Source of the DNA: a virus
Direction: 5' to 3' (one strand)
DNA: 64,000 nt
IMG/VR virus record: IMGVR_UViG_3300028423_000904
Coordinates: 27,540 to 91,539 of that record
Each line of letters opens with the position of its first letter. Position 1 is the first letter of the stretch. This document shows positions 39,585 through 49,083 of the stretch, piece after piece. A program made the position numbers and the translations under genes. The notes below the pieces were generated by a model, which did no database searches, was not told where the DNA came from, and saw only the letters and a list, made by a program, of their open reading frames with translations.

Positions 39585-40565
39585 CTATAGAAGCTTTGCA
39601 CCAATTTCCGCTGATTTGGCTTCTGAAATAGTCCATTCTGCCGTTGTATTTGGATTTGTTGAAAAAACTTCTCTGTATGGCTGCAACGTTGTGCTCACAG
39701 TATTGGTGGATCCATCGCCATCCGTAGTCCCTGAACGAACCATGAAATTAAAATCCTTGGATGATGCTGATCCAGCCCATGCCCTTGCTGCAACACCTAC
39801 ACCAACTACCACATATCCTGAATCAAAATCAGTGGTAAGAGTTCCAACATCAAAACTTGATCTATTCCCGGTTGTCTCTGTGCTAATATTATCTGCGTCA
39901 TCGAAACCAATCTCGTCAATGTCTGTGTGCGCCCCTGTCCATTGTGAATATGTTCCTGCTGCACTTGGACGTGTTTGGATATAGTGCATTCCAATCGTGC
40001 TTTCATCGGCAGCCATAAATGCAGACAATGTCAAGCCACTGTTGTCCCAGCCACCTAGACGCACAGTATTGATACCAGTTCTGGTTCCGCCAACAGTTGT
40101 ATCAATTGTTCCACTATCACCATGTAAAGTACCGTTTTCATAGATTTCAATAATTCCAGAAGCATCAGTAAGAAAACGAACATCAAACCGAACCAGTGAC
40201 CATGCACCAAATCCAAGAGGACCAACATTTGTCCATCCTGAACCATTATGCCATTGCCATTGGAAATTTCCGCCAAATCCGTTTGAACCGTAAGCTCTTA
40301 ATACTGGATCTCCATTTGCATCATCAAGGTAAATTGGCGTATCAAAACTATCGTCATCATTGTTGTATGCATAAAAGGACAGCCAAAAATCAGATGTTGC
40401 GGAGAAATTCAATTCAGATCCGGCAGGAGCATTGAACAAGTCTTGCATCTGAATTCCTTCATTAACATATGGACCTAAACGACCACTGTTCGTATCAGAA
40501 TTTACTCGTGATACAGTTCCAGGAAACCAATCGGCCATGGAAGTCGCAAAACTAAGAATTGCCAT
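39585..40565 (-). CDS. Family A paralogue 5
   Basis: Start MAILSFATS with GGAG RBS; late promoter 40587-40594. Confidence 0.8.
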   Translation of the reverse strand: MAILSFATSMADWFPGTVSRVNSDTNSGRLGPYVNEGIQMQDLFNAPAGSELNFSATSDFWLSFYAYNNDDDSFDTPIYLDDANGDPVLRAYGSNGFGGNFQWQWHNGSGWTNVGPLGFGAWSLVRFDVRFLTDASGIIEIYENGTLHGDSGTIDTTVGGTRTGINTVRLGGWDNSGLTLSAFMAADESTIGMHYIQTRPSAAGTYSQWTGAHTDIDEIGFDDADNISTETTGNRSSFDVGTLTTDFDSGYVVVGVGVAARAWAGSASSKDFNFMVRSGTTDGDGSTNTVSTTLQPYREVFSTNPNTTAEWTISEAKSAEIGAKLL

Positions 40566-40603
40566 TATTTTCTCCAAATCTACTAATATTTATAGTAATA
40601 TCT

Positions 40604-41584
40604 TTAAACAATTTTGATACCAATTTCCGCTGCTTTTGCTTCAGAAATTGTCCATGCAGTACTCGTATCAGGATTGACGCTAAAAATGCTCTGGTATGGC
40701 TTCTTAGCTACACCTATTGTTTTTGTTGATCCTGATCCGTCAGTTGTTCCTGATCGAGCTACTAGACTAACATCGCTTGAACTAGCTGCTCCTCCCCAGG
40801 AACGAGAACTAACACCAACACCAATAACATCGTAACCGGTATCAAAATCAGTTGTTACTGTGCTAATATTAAATGTGCTAATTTCATTTGAATTATTTGC
40901 TGAAATTGCATCGTTGTCGTTGAAACCAGATTCGTCAACATCAGTATAACTACCAGTCCAATCAGAATTTGAACCTGCCGACCCAGGACGTATTTGCACA
41001 TAATGAGCATTTCTTAGATCTTCGTCAGCACACATGATAGCACTGATATAAGTGTTTGTTCCTGGTGCACCATTGTGAATTATCGGTCTAATCTCAACTT
41101 GATTTACACCGGTTCTTGTACCACCATTGGTAGTGTCAAGGCCAGTTACCTCTCCATCTAATGTTCCGTTTACATAAACTGCTACCGATCCTGACGTTCC
41201 ATCAGTAACAAAATTCATATCAAAACGCACACTTCCACTGGTTCGATGTTCGCCAAATTTGACCATGCCAGCCCCAATATCATAATAATAGTCCATATCA
41301 CGGTAAGATGAGCATCCAAATTTCATGACCATGTCGCCATTATCTGCATAAACTCTCACTGGGCCTTCACCATCTGTAGACTGGTCAGCGTTAAAGCCTA
41401 TGTAAAACGAAAGCCAAAAATCTGTTGTTGTGGCAAAATCTAATGTTCCTAGTGTTGTCCCAAAATTGTCTAAAAAAATTCCTTCATTCACATACGGTGC
41501 TTTATAATTAGTTGTAGTTCCAACATCTGACGGATTGCCTTCGTAAAGTTCTGCTGGTGATGTTGCAAAAGCTAGAATTGCCAT
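40604..41584 (-). CDS. Family A paralogue 6
   Basis: Family motifs; late promoter 41607-41614. Confidence 0.8.
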   Translation of the reverse strand: MAILAFATSPAELYEGNPSDVGTTTNYKAPYVNEGIFLDNFGTTLGTLDFATTTDFWLSFYIGFNADQSTDGEGPVRVYADNGDMVMKFGCSSYRDMDYYYDIGAGMVKFGEHRTSGSVRFDMNFVTDGTSGSVAVYVNGTLDGEVTGLDTTNGGTRTGVNQVEIRPIIHNGAPGTNTYISAIMCADEDLRNAHYVQIRPGSAGSNSDWTGSYTDVDESGFNDNDAISANNSNEISTFNISTVTTDFDTGYDVIGVGVSSRSWGGAASSSDVSLVARSGTTDGSGSTKTIGVAKKPYQSIFSVNPDTSTAWTISEAKAAEIGIKIV

Positions 41585-41609
41585 GAAATTTCTCCATTCT
41601 TTCTAATAT

Positions 41610-42176
41610 TTATGGGGATGACGGTTTAACAATCATTGCTCCGTCAAGACTTGATGCAGATCTTATTGGCTGTTCTTTAACAATCATTGCTCCGTCAAGA
41701 CTTGATGCAGATCTTATTGGATGTTCTTTAACAATAATTGCTCCGACAAGACTTCATGATCTAGTAGCAGTATCTTGCTTGACGAATATTGCTCCGCCAA
41801 GTGTTCCTGTATTTGTTGATGTATCTTGCTTGACAAATACACCACCACTCATGGTTCCAATACGGGTTGAATTGTCTTGCTTGACAAATACACCACCACT
41901 CATGGTTCCAATACGGGTTGAATTGTTAACATCTACTGCAATCACACCACTCAATGCACTTAGGCGAGTGTTGTTATCAGGTTCGACGACAATGGCACCA
42001 CTTAAAGCTGTGAGTCTTGTATTAAGGTCGTATTCAAAGAAAATAGCACTATTCAAGCCATAAACCGTCGGACCTTCTTCTTGGGTGAAGAAAAGGCTGG
42101 TGCTAAGAAAGCTTACATTTGTTAAGCTCGTAGTTCCATGTAGTCCTCCCACAAGGCTGATACCAGGAATAGGCAT
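41610..42176 (-). CDS. 17-aa repeat protein R2, interrupted by in-frame TGA at 41754-41756
   Basis: Repeat continues in frame 47 codons beyond the TGA (SLVGAIIVKEHPIRSASSLDGAMIVK...PSSP, TAA at 41610). Confidence 0.75.
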
Positions 42177-42194
42177 TCGGTTATCTTCTCCATT

Positions 42195-43184
42195 TTATGA
42201 CGACAATTTGACGCCAGTCTCAGCAGCCGCTACATCAGTAACAGTCCATTCTACGCCAGTAGCAGGATCAACATCAAACAAATGCTTTACGCCTTTCTTT
42301 GCAACTGTGATGCTTTCAAGATCGCCGGTTGCGTCTGTGGTTCCAGACCGTGTGAGCATTTGGATATTTGGCAATGCCCTGACAGAACCATTGAACACCT
42401 GTGCACTTGTTCCCAGAGCTTTGATATCCCATGCAGTATCAGTAAAACTTGGATCAAGTGAAGTTTGTGTAAAGGTTGATTGGGCACCGTTCGTTTGTGC
42501 ATACAATACATCTGTATCATCCATACCAACCTCGTCAATATCCGTATAATCGCCATTCCAGTCAGTGTAATTACCATCAGCGGCAGGCTTGGTTTGGACG
42601 TAGAAAAAATTTAAAGTATTTTCATTAGCTGCAACTAGACCGGAATAATACACATATCCGCTATTCTGATTTCCGCCTATTTCGATTTTTTTGCAAAATG
42701 ATCTTGCAGCACTGTTCGTAGTGTCGAAATTTTCCTGCGACGCATACAGACCGCGATCCTTATACATATAAACGGCGCCAGTTGTTCCGTTCATCACAAC
42801 ACCGAAATCTAGACGTCGTGCAACGTCAACATTTTCATTAAAATCAGCCGCAATATCATTCCAAGCAGATCCATCCCAATACTGGAAGTGTAATCCATTT
42901 GCTACACCATTTTCTTTCCAGAGTCTGATAATAGGATTGTCATTTTCATCAAGAAATTGCATATAAGTTCCGCTTATTGCACTGGCTTCGTTAGAATAGT
43001 AATACCATGTAAACCATACTTCTGTTTCATCTGATGTCCATTCTAGATTTGAAGTTAGTGATGCATGGCTTGTCCTGAAACCTTCAGAACAATATTCTGC
43101 AATATTGTTGGTCACAGTGCTCACACCAACCACCGTGTCTCCATAAAGTTCATATGCTGTTGTTCCAAAATCAAGAATTGCCAT
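42195..43184 (-). CDS. Family A paralogue 7
   Basis: Family motifs. Confidence 0.8.
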   Translation of the reverse strand: MAILDFGTTAYELYGDTVVGVSTVTNNIAEYCSEGFRTSHASLTSNLEWTSDETEVWFTWYYYSNEASAISGTYMQFLDENDNPIIRLWKENGVANGLHFQYWDGSAWNDIAADFNENVDVARRLDFGVVMNGTTGAVYMYKDRGLYASQENFDTTNSAARSFCKKIEIGGNQNSGYVYYSGLVAANENTLNFFYVQTKPAADGNYTDWNGDYTDIDEVGMDDTDVLYAQTNGAQSTFTQTSLDPSFTDTAWDIKALGTSAQVFNGSVRALPNIQMLTRSGTTDATGDLESITVAKKGVKHLFDVDPATGVEWTVTDVAAAETGVKLSS

Positions 43185-43196
43185 TGTTTTAATCCA

Positions 43197-44183
43197 TTAA
43201 CTCGTTGAAGATCTAAGTCCTATTTCTGCTGCATCAGCATTTGTTACAGTCCATGCACTGGCGGTGTTGGGGTCTGTAGCATATATATGTCTATAGGGTT
43301 GTTTTGTGAGTGCAAGTGCGTTTGATGTTCCGGCTCCGTCTGTGGTTCCTGATCTTACTAGTGTTTCGAGATTCCAGTTGGTTGTATCGACTGATTTCCA
43401 AGCACGGGTTGAAACCCCAACTGCTACCACGTCGTGGTCTGTGTCATTAAATGCGGCAGGAATAGATGCTTTTCCAAACGTGATACTTTCGCCAGCGGTA
43501 TCATATGAAACTACATAATCTGAATCAGTATAGCCGTTCTCATCTACATCTGTATAGGCACCAGTCCAGGCTGTATAGTTACCCGCACTTGTTGGTTTTG
43601 TTTGAACATAATCAATATTCAGAGTAGGCTCGTCTGCAACCATGACAGCGGAAATCCTCAATTGGTCGCCAATATAATCATCTCCACGTATCTGAATCCC
43701 ACTTATTCCTGTGCTGCCTCTTGGGTTGGTATTTCCGCTAAATGCGGATCCGAGCAAAACGCCGTTTGCATATGCTTCAACAACACCACTCACTGCATCA
43801 AGCACGATTCTAATATCAAATCTGACCGTTTGTTCCCATGGAAAACCGGTAGAGTCGGTAACAAGGTCGGTTGTTGATGCTCCGTCATAACTACGAAAAT
43901 AAAATATATCATTATCGACTGGTGCATTGATATAAAAAATTTCTTGATCATTTTCATCCAGAAAACGCACAAAATTGCCATCAACACGCTGTCCTTCACG
44001 ATACATGTAAGCTGAGAACCAGATTTCCGTGCTGGATGTAAACGGAATAATATCACTTGTTACTGCGCCGATCCTAGCCCCCTCATTAACATATGTTCCA
44101 ATACCACTGGCAGTTGCAGAAATGCCAGATTGACTGCCTGTGTAAAAATCTGCTATGCTTGTGCCGAATGTAAGAATTGCCAT
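43197..44183 (-). CDS. Family A paralogue 8
   Basis: Family motifs; late promoter 44201-44208. Confidence 0.8.
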   Translation of the reverse strand: MAILTFGTSIADFYTGSQSGISATASGIGTYVNEGARIGAVTSDIIPFTSSTEIWFSAYMYREGQRVDGNFVRFLDENDQEIFYINAPVDNDIFYFRSYDGASTTDLVTDSTGFPWEQTVRFDIRIVLDAVSGVVEAYANGVLLGSAFSGNTNPRGSTGISGIQIRGDDYIGDQLRISAVMVADEPTLNIDYVQTKPTSAGNYTAWTGAYTDVDENGYTDSDYVVSYDTAGESITFGKASIPAAFNDTDHDVVAVGVSTRAWKSVDTTNWNLETLVRSGTTDGAGTSNALALTKQPYRHIYATDPNTASAWTVTNADAAEIGLRSSTS

Positions 44184-44211
44184 AGTATCTCCTGTTCACG
44201 TATTTACCACA

Positions 44212-45021
44212 TCACTCGCTTACCAACAGCACGTCATCTCCGTCGGTTGCATCACCTGACAATGCAAGAACATTTCCGTCCTCATCGCCTGAGTAACCCA
44301 GGCCTTCTTTTGAACGCAAGAATACAGCACCATCAATACTGGATCCACGAACACCATCTGTTTGTTTGACAAATGCAGCGCCATCAATACTGGATCCACG
44401 AACACCATCTGTTTGTTTGACAAATGCAGCGCCGTCAAGACTTGATGAGGCCGCGGCTCCAGATACTTTTACAAACAATGCACTGTTAAAGGTAGAGACC
44501 TTTGCTGATGTTTCGGGTTTCACAATAATAGCGCCTTCGGCATCAGTAACTTTGGGATTTGGATTAGCTTTGACGATAATAGCGCCTTCGGCATCAGTAA
44601 CTTTGGGATTTGGATTAGCTTTGACGATAATAGCGCCTTCGGCATCAGTAACTTTGGGATATTCAGATGCATTGACAATAACTGCACCCTCGGCATCATA
44701 TACATCAACAGTTTCGTTTCTGCGCATAATCAATGCGTTATTCATTGAGGTTACATGAGAATCGTCACCTGAACGTCCAATAATAACAGCATTGTTAATT
44801 GTGGATACATATGATTTGATATCAAATTTGAATATGATAGCGCCGCCCAGAGCATCCGTTCTGATTTGAACGTCTACTGTGTAAAAAACAGCACCACTAA
44901 GTGTTTGCACACTTGGGCCGTCGTCTTGTTGAAAGAATATAGCACCGTTCAATTGCTGGACGGCGGTAAGACTGGTTGTCCCCATTAAGGCACTGATGGG
45001 CGTGATACCAACAATAGGCAT
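44212..45021 (-). CDS. 17-aa repeat protein R1 (about 13 repeats)
   Basis: PKVTDAEGAIIVKANPN and VRGSSIDGAAFVKQTDG units; N-terminus MPIVGI..GTTSLT shared with R2. Confidence 0.8.
   Translation of the reverse strand: MPIVGITPISALMGTTSLTAVQQLNGAIFFQQDDGPSVQTLSGAVFYTVDVQIRTDALGGAIIFKFDIKSYVSTINNAVIIGRSGDDSHVTSMNNALIMRRNETVDVYDAEGAVIVNASEYPKVTDAEGAIIVKANPNPKVTDAEGAIIVKANPNPKVTDAEGAIIVKPETSAKVSTFNSALFVKVSGAAASSSLDGAAFVKQTDGVRGSSIDGAAFVKQTDGVRGSSIDGAVFLRSKEGLGYSGDEDGNVLALSGDATDGDDVLLVSE
44331..44660. repeat. 51-bp tandem coding repeats inside R1
   Basis: Near-exact 51 nt units at about 44331-44431 and 44524-44660. Confidence 0.85.
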
Positions 45022-46115
45022 TATGCATCACCCTCGAGTTTCAATTTGCTTGACCCATCACTCATGTCACCTGTAAGTGTAATTTGGTCAGTTCCGGTTT
45101 GTTCATCACCTTTGAGCAATACGAAGTTTTCCTGTATTGCTCGTACTCCTATTTCGGTTGATTTGGCGGCAGGGACAGACCATTGAAATCCAGTGCTAGG
45201 GTCGTTGGTTATTATTTGAGTTAGTGATCTTTTTGTTGGAGTTAATGAAAGTGATCCTAGATCACTCAGTGTTCCACTTGAATTTGCGACCAATTCAATA
45301 CCATTAAGAGTAGAGCTGGTTGAACCCTGATAAGAACGTGCACCAATACCAACAGCCACAACTTCAAATTGTGAATCAAAATCTGTTGTCAGAGTATCTG
45401 GACTAACAGTGAACCTTGCTCCTTCTGTTCCTGTTCCAATATTCGTGCTTGAATCAAAGCCAACACCGTCAATGAATTGATATCCGCCTTGCCACTCGGT
45501 ATATGTTCCATTTGATCCTGGAGTTGTTTGGACATAACGCATGATAAGTGTGTCTTCGTCTGCTGCTATGATAGCTGAATAATATGCTGTGCCGCCAACG
45601 CCATTTGTTTCGCTAAGATCTCCAATACCCAAGCTTTTAACACCTGATCTGCTTCCTGAGTTGGTTGTGTCACCGGTGAATGTAGCTTGCAGGGTTTCAT
45701 CACGATATACTTGTATAGATCCAGATTCATCCATAACAATGTGAATGTCAATTCTTGCAAGTGTGGTTACGTCTTGCGCCCAGGTTGTGTCAAAAGCAAC
45801 CCATGAAGTTCCATTGAAGTATTCACTATCTAAACGATCTGTTTCTTGGTGTGGTTTGTAGAGACGAAAAATTCCTGTGTCATTTTCATCATAAATGTAT
45901 ATCGCTGTGCCTTGTGTTTCAAAGTTTTCATCGCATTTGAAATAAAAGCTGACCCAAGCTTCTGAAACCGGTCTCCATTCGATAGTCTTGGTAGCGGTCG
46001 CATCATATGTTACAATTGATTCATTACAATACGGAGCGGTGTAATTAGTAGATGACCCGCCCTCGTTTTCATCAAAAATATCCCGACGTGACGTTGCAAA
46101 TCCAAGAAGTCCCAT
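45021..46115 (-). CDS. Family A paralogue 9 with LxGD C-terminal tail
   Basis: Family motifs plus FVLLKGDEQTGTDQITLTGDMSDG. Confidence 0.8.
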   Translation of the reverse strand: MGLLGFATSRRDIFDENEGGSSTNYTAPYCNESIVTYDATATKTIEWRPVSEAWVSFYFKCDENFETQGTAIYIYDENDTGIFRLYKPHQETDRLDSEYFNGTSWVAFDTTWAQDVTTLARIDIHIVMDESGSIQVYRDETLQATFTGDTTNSGSRSGVKSLGIGDLSETNGVGGTAYYSAIIAADEDTLIMRYVQTTPGSNGTYTEWQGGYQFIDGVGFDSSTNIGTGTEGARFTVSPDTLTTDFDSQFEVVAVGIGARSYQGSTSSTLNGIELVANSSGTLSDLGSLSLTPTKRSLTQIITNDPSTGFQWSVPAAKSTEIGVRAIQENFVLLKGDEQTGTDQITLTGDMSDGSSKLKLEGDA

Positions 46116-46128
46116 CAATTACCTTTCG

Positions 46129-47109
46129 TTAGCTGTTAACTGACTTGACGCCAATTTCGGCATTTTTTGCATTGGTTACAGTCCAAGTTGCACCGGTATT
46201 TGGATCTGTATCAAAAATTGCGTTGTATGTTTGTTTACCAATATCCAAGTTCTTGGTAGAACTAAATTCATCAGTTCCGCTTGAATGAACGGCAAATTGT
46301 ATGTCTGGTGAGCTAGGAGTACCTTTGTTTGCTCTGCCACTAACTCCCACGGCTGAAACATAATAGCCACTGTCAAAGTCAGATGTTATTGATCCTTGAC
46401 CAAAAGTAGAAATTTGATCAGGGCCTGGTGTTCTAATAGAGTCTAGATCTCCAAACCCTGTTTCGTCGATAGCAGTATGATCACCACTCCATGAAGAATA
46501 TGATCCCACGCTGCTTGGTTTGGTTTGAACATAATATGTTGAACGTGTATCTGCGTCTGCAACAAAAACTGCCGACACTGTGGTATGTACGTCATAAAAT
46601 CCCGATGCTTGGCCGGATCCAGCCCATCCTGCTTTGGCTATTTGTGTTGCTGAGCGTAGTATGGTATCTCCGTCAAAACGTCCCTGGCTGACTCCTCCTT
46701 CGAAAAACTCCACAACTCCAGCTGAATTATCCATAACGATGTGCAAATCCCAGCGACCTCGATTTAATGCACCAGTGGTAAACAGGGTAGTCCAGGTTGA
46801 ACCATCATAAGATTGAACATTCACTGCACTGCTTTCGTCAATGGTATCAATTCGAAACAATGTTTCATCATTTTCACCATAAATTGTTACATAATCTGTA
46901 TTCATATCACCAGGGCGATTGCAATACTGATACCATGCAATCCACACATCGGTTTGACCAGTCCAGCTAAGATAAGCTCTTGACCCACTATCAACCCAAA
47001 GCATTCCTTCATGTGCATATGGAGAAACATTTGATGTTGTTGACACCGGTTTGGCTGGTTCTGATGTAAAGAAATCAATAATTGATGTTCCGAATGTAAG
47101 AATTGTCAT
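46129..47109 (-). CDS. Family A paralogue 10
   Basis: Family motifs. Confidence 0.8.
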   Translation of the reverse strand: MTILTFGTSIIDFFTSEPAKPVSTTSNVSPYAHEGMLWVDSGSRAYLSWTGQTDVWIAWYQYCNRPGDMNTDYVTIYGENDETLFRIDTIDESSAVNVQSYDGSTWTTLFTTGALNRGRWDLHIVMDNSAGVVEFFEGGVSQGRFDGDTILRSATQIAKAGWAGSGQASGFYDVHTTVSAVFVADADTRSTYYVQTKPSSVGSYSSWSGDHTAIDETGFGDLDSIRTPGPDQISTFGQGSITSDFDSGYYVSAVGVSGRANKGTPSSPDIQFAVHSSGTDEFSSTKNLDIGKQTYNAIFDTDPNTGATWTVTNAKNAEIGVKSVNS

Positions 47110-47121
47110 TGTCGTTCCTTT

Positions 47122-47889
47122 TTATGATATGTTCAATGCTGAATTGACAAATATTTTGGTAGGTGAAAGAACTACATAAAATAGCATGTCTTCTGCCGAC
47201 GGAGTTGTTGTCAATGTAGGAGAAGTTCCTGAAGGAAAGACCCAGTTAGCACCATATGACAATGTTCTAGATCCTGTGCCGTCTTGGATTACACGGATAT
47301 ATCCACTTTGTCCGGGTTTTGCATTTGATGGGTTGTCCAGTGTTCTATTTCCAGCAAGTGTCAATGAGAAGTTTATGCCTGTGCTGAAATCAACGCTCAC
47401 TGTTGCAGCATCCGTGAGCGTGGTTTCACTGGCTGCACCCCAGGTTTGGTCAGTTGAAAGTATTTTGTCAGCTGTGTTGCTGAGAAAATCTGCGCTTGTT
47501 GCTTCTGGCAAACGAGCAATATCAATGGTGCCTGAAACAATAGCACTTCCTGACAAGTTAGTAATATTGTTGCTGGTGGCATCAATTGTTTTGTTTGTTA
47601 GTGTCTGTGCTGTGTCTGTGTCTGCAATTTGTTTCCACACTGCGGCACTTGCTGTGTTGTCCAAGCAATAATAAACTAGGTTATTATTGGAATCTACCCA
47701 AAGATTTCCTAGTTTGTATTCGTCGTCATTTACTGTTGGCGCTGTTGTGTCTGTGGCAACAAATGCCACGCTGTCAGACGTGTTGTCTAGCTGTTCTCGC
47801 AAGTCTTCAGCACTAATAGCACCGACACCGTTCGTTGGAAACAAGCTCAGTGTTTCAGCACTGTATGTTACTGGATTTAATCTACTCAT
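47122..47889 (-). CDS. Short fibre protein B1
   Basis: Paralogue of B2 N-half (LFPTNGVG.I...DLR.QLDN..DS; QTLTNKT; DFSTGINF domain) without LamG; late promoter 47908-47915. Confidence 0.75.
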   Translation of the reverse strand: MSRLNPVTYSAETLSLFPTNGVGAISAEDLREQLDNTSDSVAFVATDTTAPTVNDDEYKLGNLWVDSNNNLVYYCLDNTASAAVWKQIADTDTAQTLTNKTIDATSNNITNLSGSAIVSGTIDIARLPEATSADFLSNTADKILSTDQTWGAASETTLTDAATVSVDFSTGINFSLTLAGNRTLDNPSNAKPGQSGYIRVIQDGTGSRTLSYGANWVFPSGTSPTLTTTPSAEDMLFYVVLSPTKIFVNSALNIS

Positions 47890-47945
47890 TGACAATCTCC
47901 CTTCAAATATTTATCGAAACTCTGGATGATAATAATAAAGCGAGA

Positions 47946-49010
47946 TTAGTAAACGAGGTGGTCGTTTCCATCTGTTGCGTCACCTTCAAGGTGAACAGTG
48001 TCAGTCCCAGACTGTTCATCACCTTCAAGCAAGACAAAATCATTTACACTATTTTCAGATTGGAAGCCTATCTCGGCTGCCTTTGCATTTGCAAATGTCC
48101 AAGATAAACTAGTAGACGGATCGAGATGAAATACGCTTTTTACGTGTTCAGGATAATCTGCCAAGCTTTCTGATTCTCCGAAATCATCTGTTCCACCAGA
48201 ACGCATCATGAGTCTTAGACCGTCAACACCGGCATTGTCTGACCATGTTCTTGCACTTAATCCAACACCGATAACTTCAGTCAAGTTACCAAATTCTTCT
48301 AGAATGTCTGTTTGGTTATATGTAACCCTGTCGCTGGCAGTCGTTGATGCTACAAACTCTCGGTCATATACACCAGTTCCGTCGATCAATCCAAAATCAG
48401 TTGTATTCCATTCTGCATAGGTTCCAGCCGAAGCTGGCTTGGTTTGGACATATTCGATCTCTGTGGATATTTCGTCTGACACAAAGAATGCAGAAAATGT
48501 AGTGGTTCCAGTATTGTTGCTTGAACCTGTCATGCGGTTAGTAAAAGACCGTGCCCCGCCGTTTGTGGTGTCTCCTGACCATGAACTAGCCAAAACACCG
48601 CTATTATAAACTTCAGCAACGCCAGTTGCATCGATAAGAATATGCACGTCTTGTCTTATAGCAGTTGTAGATATATCACCAAATGTGGCTACTGGTTGGT
48701 ATGCAGCACCGTCGTAATATTCCCAGACACAATTTGTTCCAGCAACACTACAACGCATAACAACTTCATTGTTTTCGTCATAGATATAAAATATGTCTCC
48801 ATCAGAACCTGTTGACAGGTTTCTCATATGAAAACTGATCCAGATTTCTGTAGCGTTCTGCCATTCACCCAAATCAACGAAATGGTCATTGGGCAATTGT
48901 ACACCTTCCTGCACAAACGGACCTATATATGTAGAATCGGTTTGTGCATTATAATGGTAAAAGCCCGAGCCAAAGTCTGCTGGAGAAGTTCCGAAATTAA
49001 GAATAGCCAT
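47946..49010 (-). CDS. Family A paralogue 11 with LxGD C-terminal tail
   Basis: Family motifs plus FVLLEGDEQSGTDTVHLEGDATDG; late promoter 49031-49038. Confidence 0.8.
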   Translation of the reverse strand: MAILNFGTSPADFGSGFYHYNAQTDSTYIGPFVQEGVQLPNDHFVDLGEWQNATEIWISFHMRNLSTGSDGDIFYIYDENNEVVMRCSVAGTNCVWEYYDGAAYQPVATFGDISTTAIRQDVHILIDATGVAEVYNSGVLASSWSGDTTNGGARSFTNRMTGSSNNTGTTTFSAFFVSDEISTEIEYVQTKPASAGTYAEWNTTDFGLIDGTGVYDREFVASTTASDRVTYNQTDILEEFGNLTEVIGVGLSARTWSDNAGVDGLRLMMRSGGTDDFGESESLADYPEHVKSVFHLDPSTSLSWTFANAKAAEIGFQSENSVNDFVLLEGDEQSGTDTVHLEGDATDGNDHLVY

Positions 49011-49048
49011 AAAAATACCTGATTTTCAAATATTTATGTGTTTCTCTA

Positions 49049-49077
49049 TTGACATGATAGTGTGTTTGTATTATGTT
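49049..49077 (+). promoter_or_regulatory. Sigma70-type promoter upstream of candidate sRNA
   Basis: TTGACA-N17-TATGTT. Confidence 0.65.
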
Positions 49078-49083
49078 TAGGTA

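Larger units (their letters stand above)
21791..49038 (-). promoter_or_regulatory. Set of 12 T4-type late promoters driving the appendage cluster
   Basis: TATTTA(T/C) on + strand in intergenic positions 21791, 25388, 26432, 26906, 35226, 36937, 39507, 40587, 41607, 44201, 47908, 49031. Confidence 0.8.

Noticed and set aside
41754-41756. Genome-wide TGA recoding
   Set aside because: Many genes end in TGA with ATGA coupling (e.g. 2625, 6236, 10476, 59474), so TGA is a normal stop
41626-44660. 51-bp repeats as a CRISPR array
   Set aside because: Repeats are contiguous, in-frame coding units with no unique spacers, and there are no cas genes
18800-49010. DGR or invertible shufflon generating fibre diversity
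   Set aside because: No reverse transcriptase, recombinase, inverted cassettes or adenine-specific TR/VR pair seen; all genes are co-oriented with their own starts
18942-49022. Numerous + strand ORFs opposite the appendage genes
   Set aside because: Antisense shadows of Ser/Thr/Gly-rich genes with no RBS or promoter support
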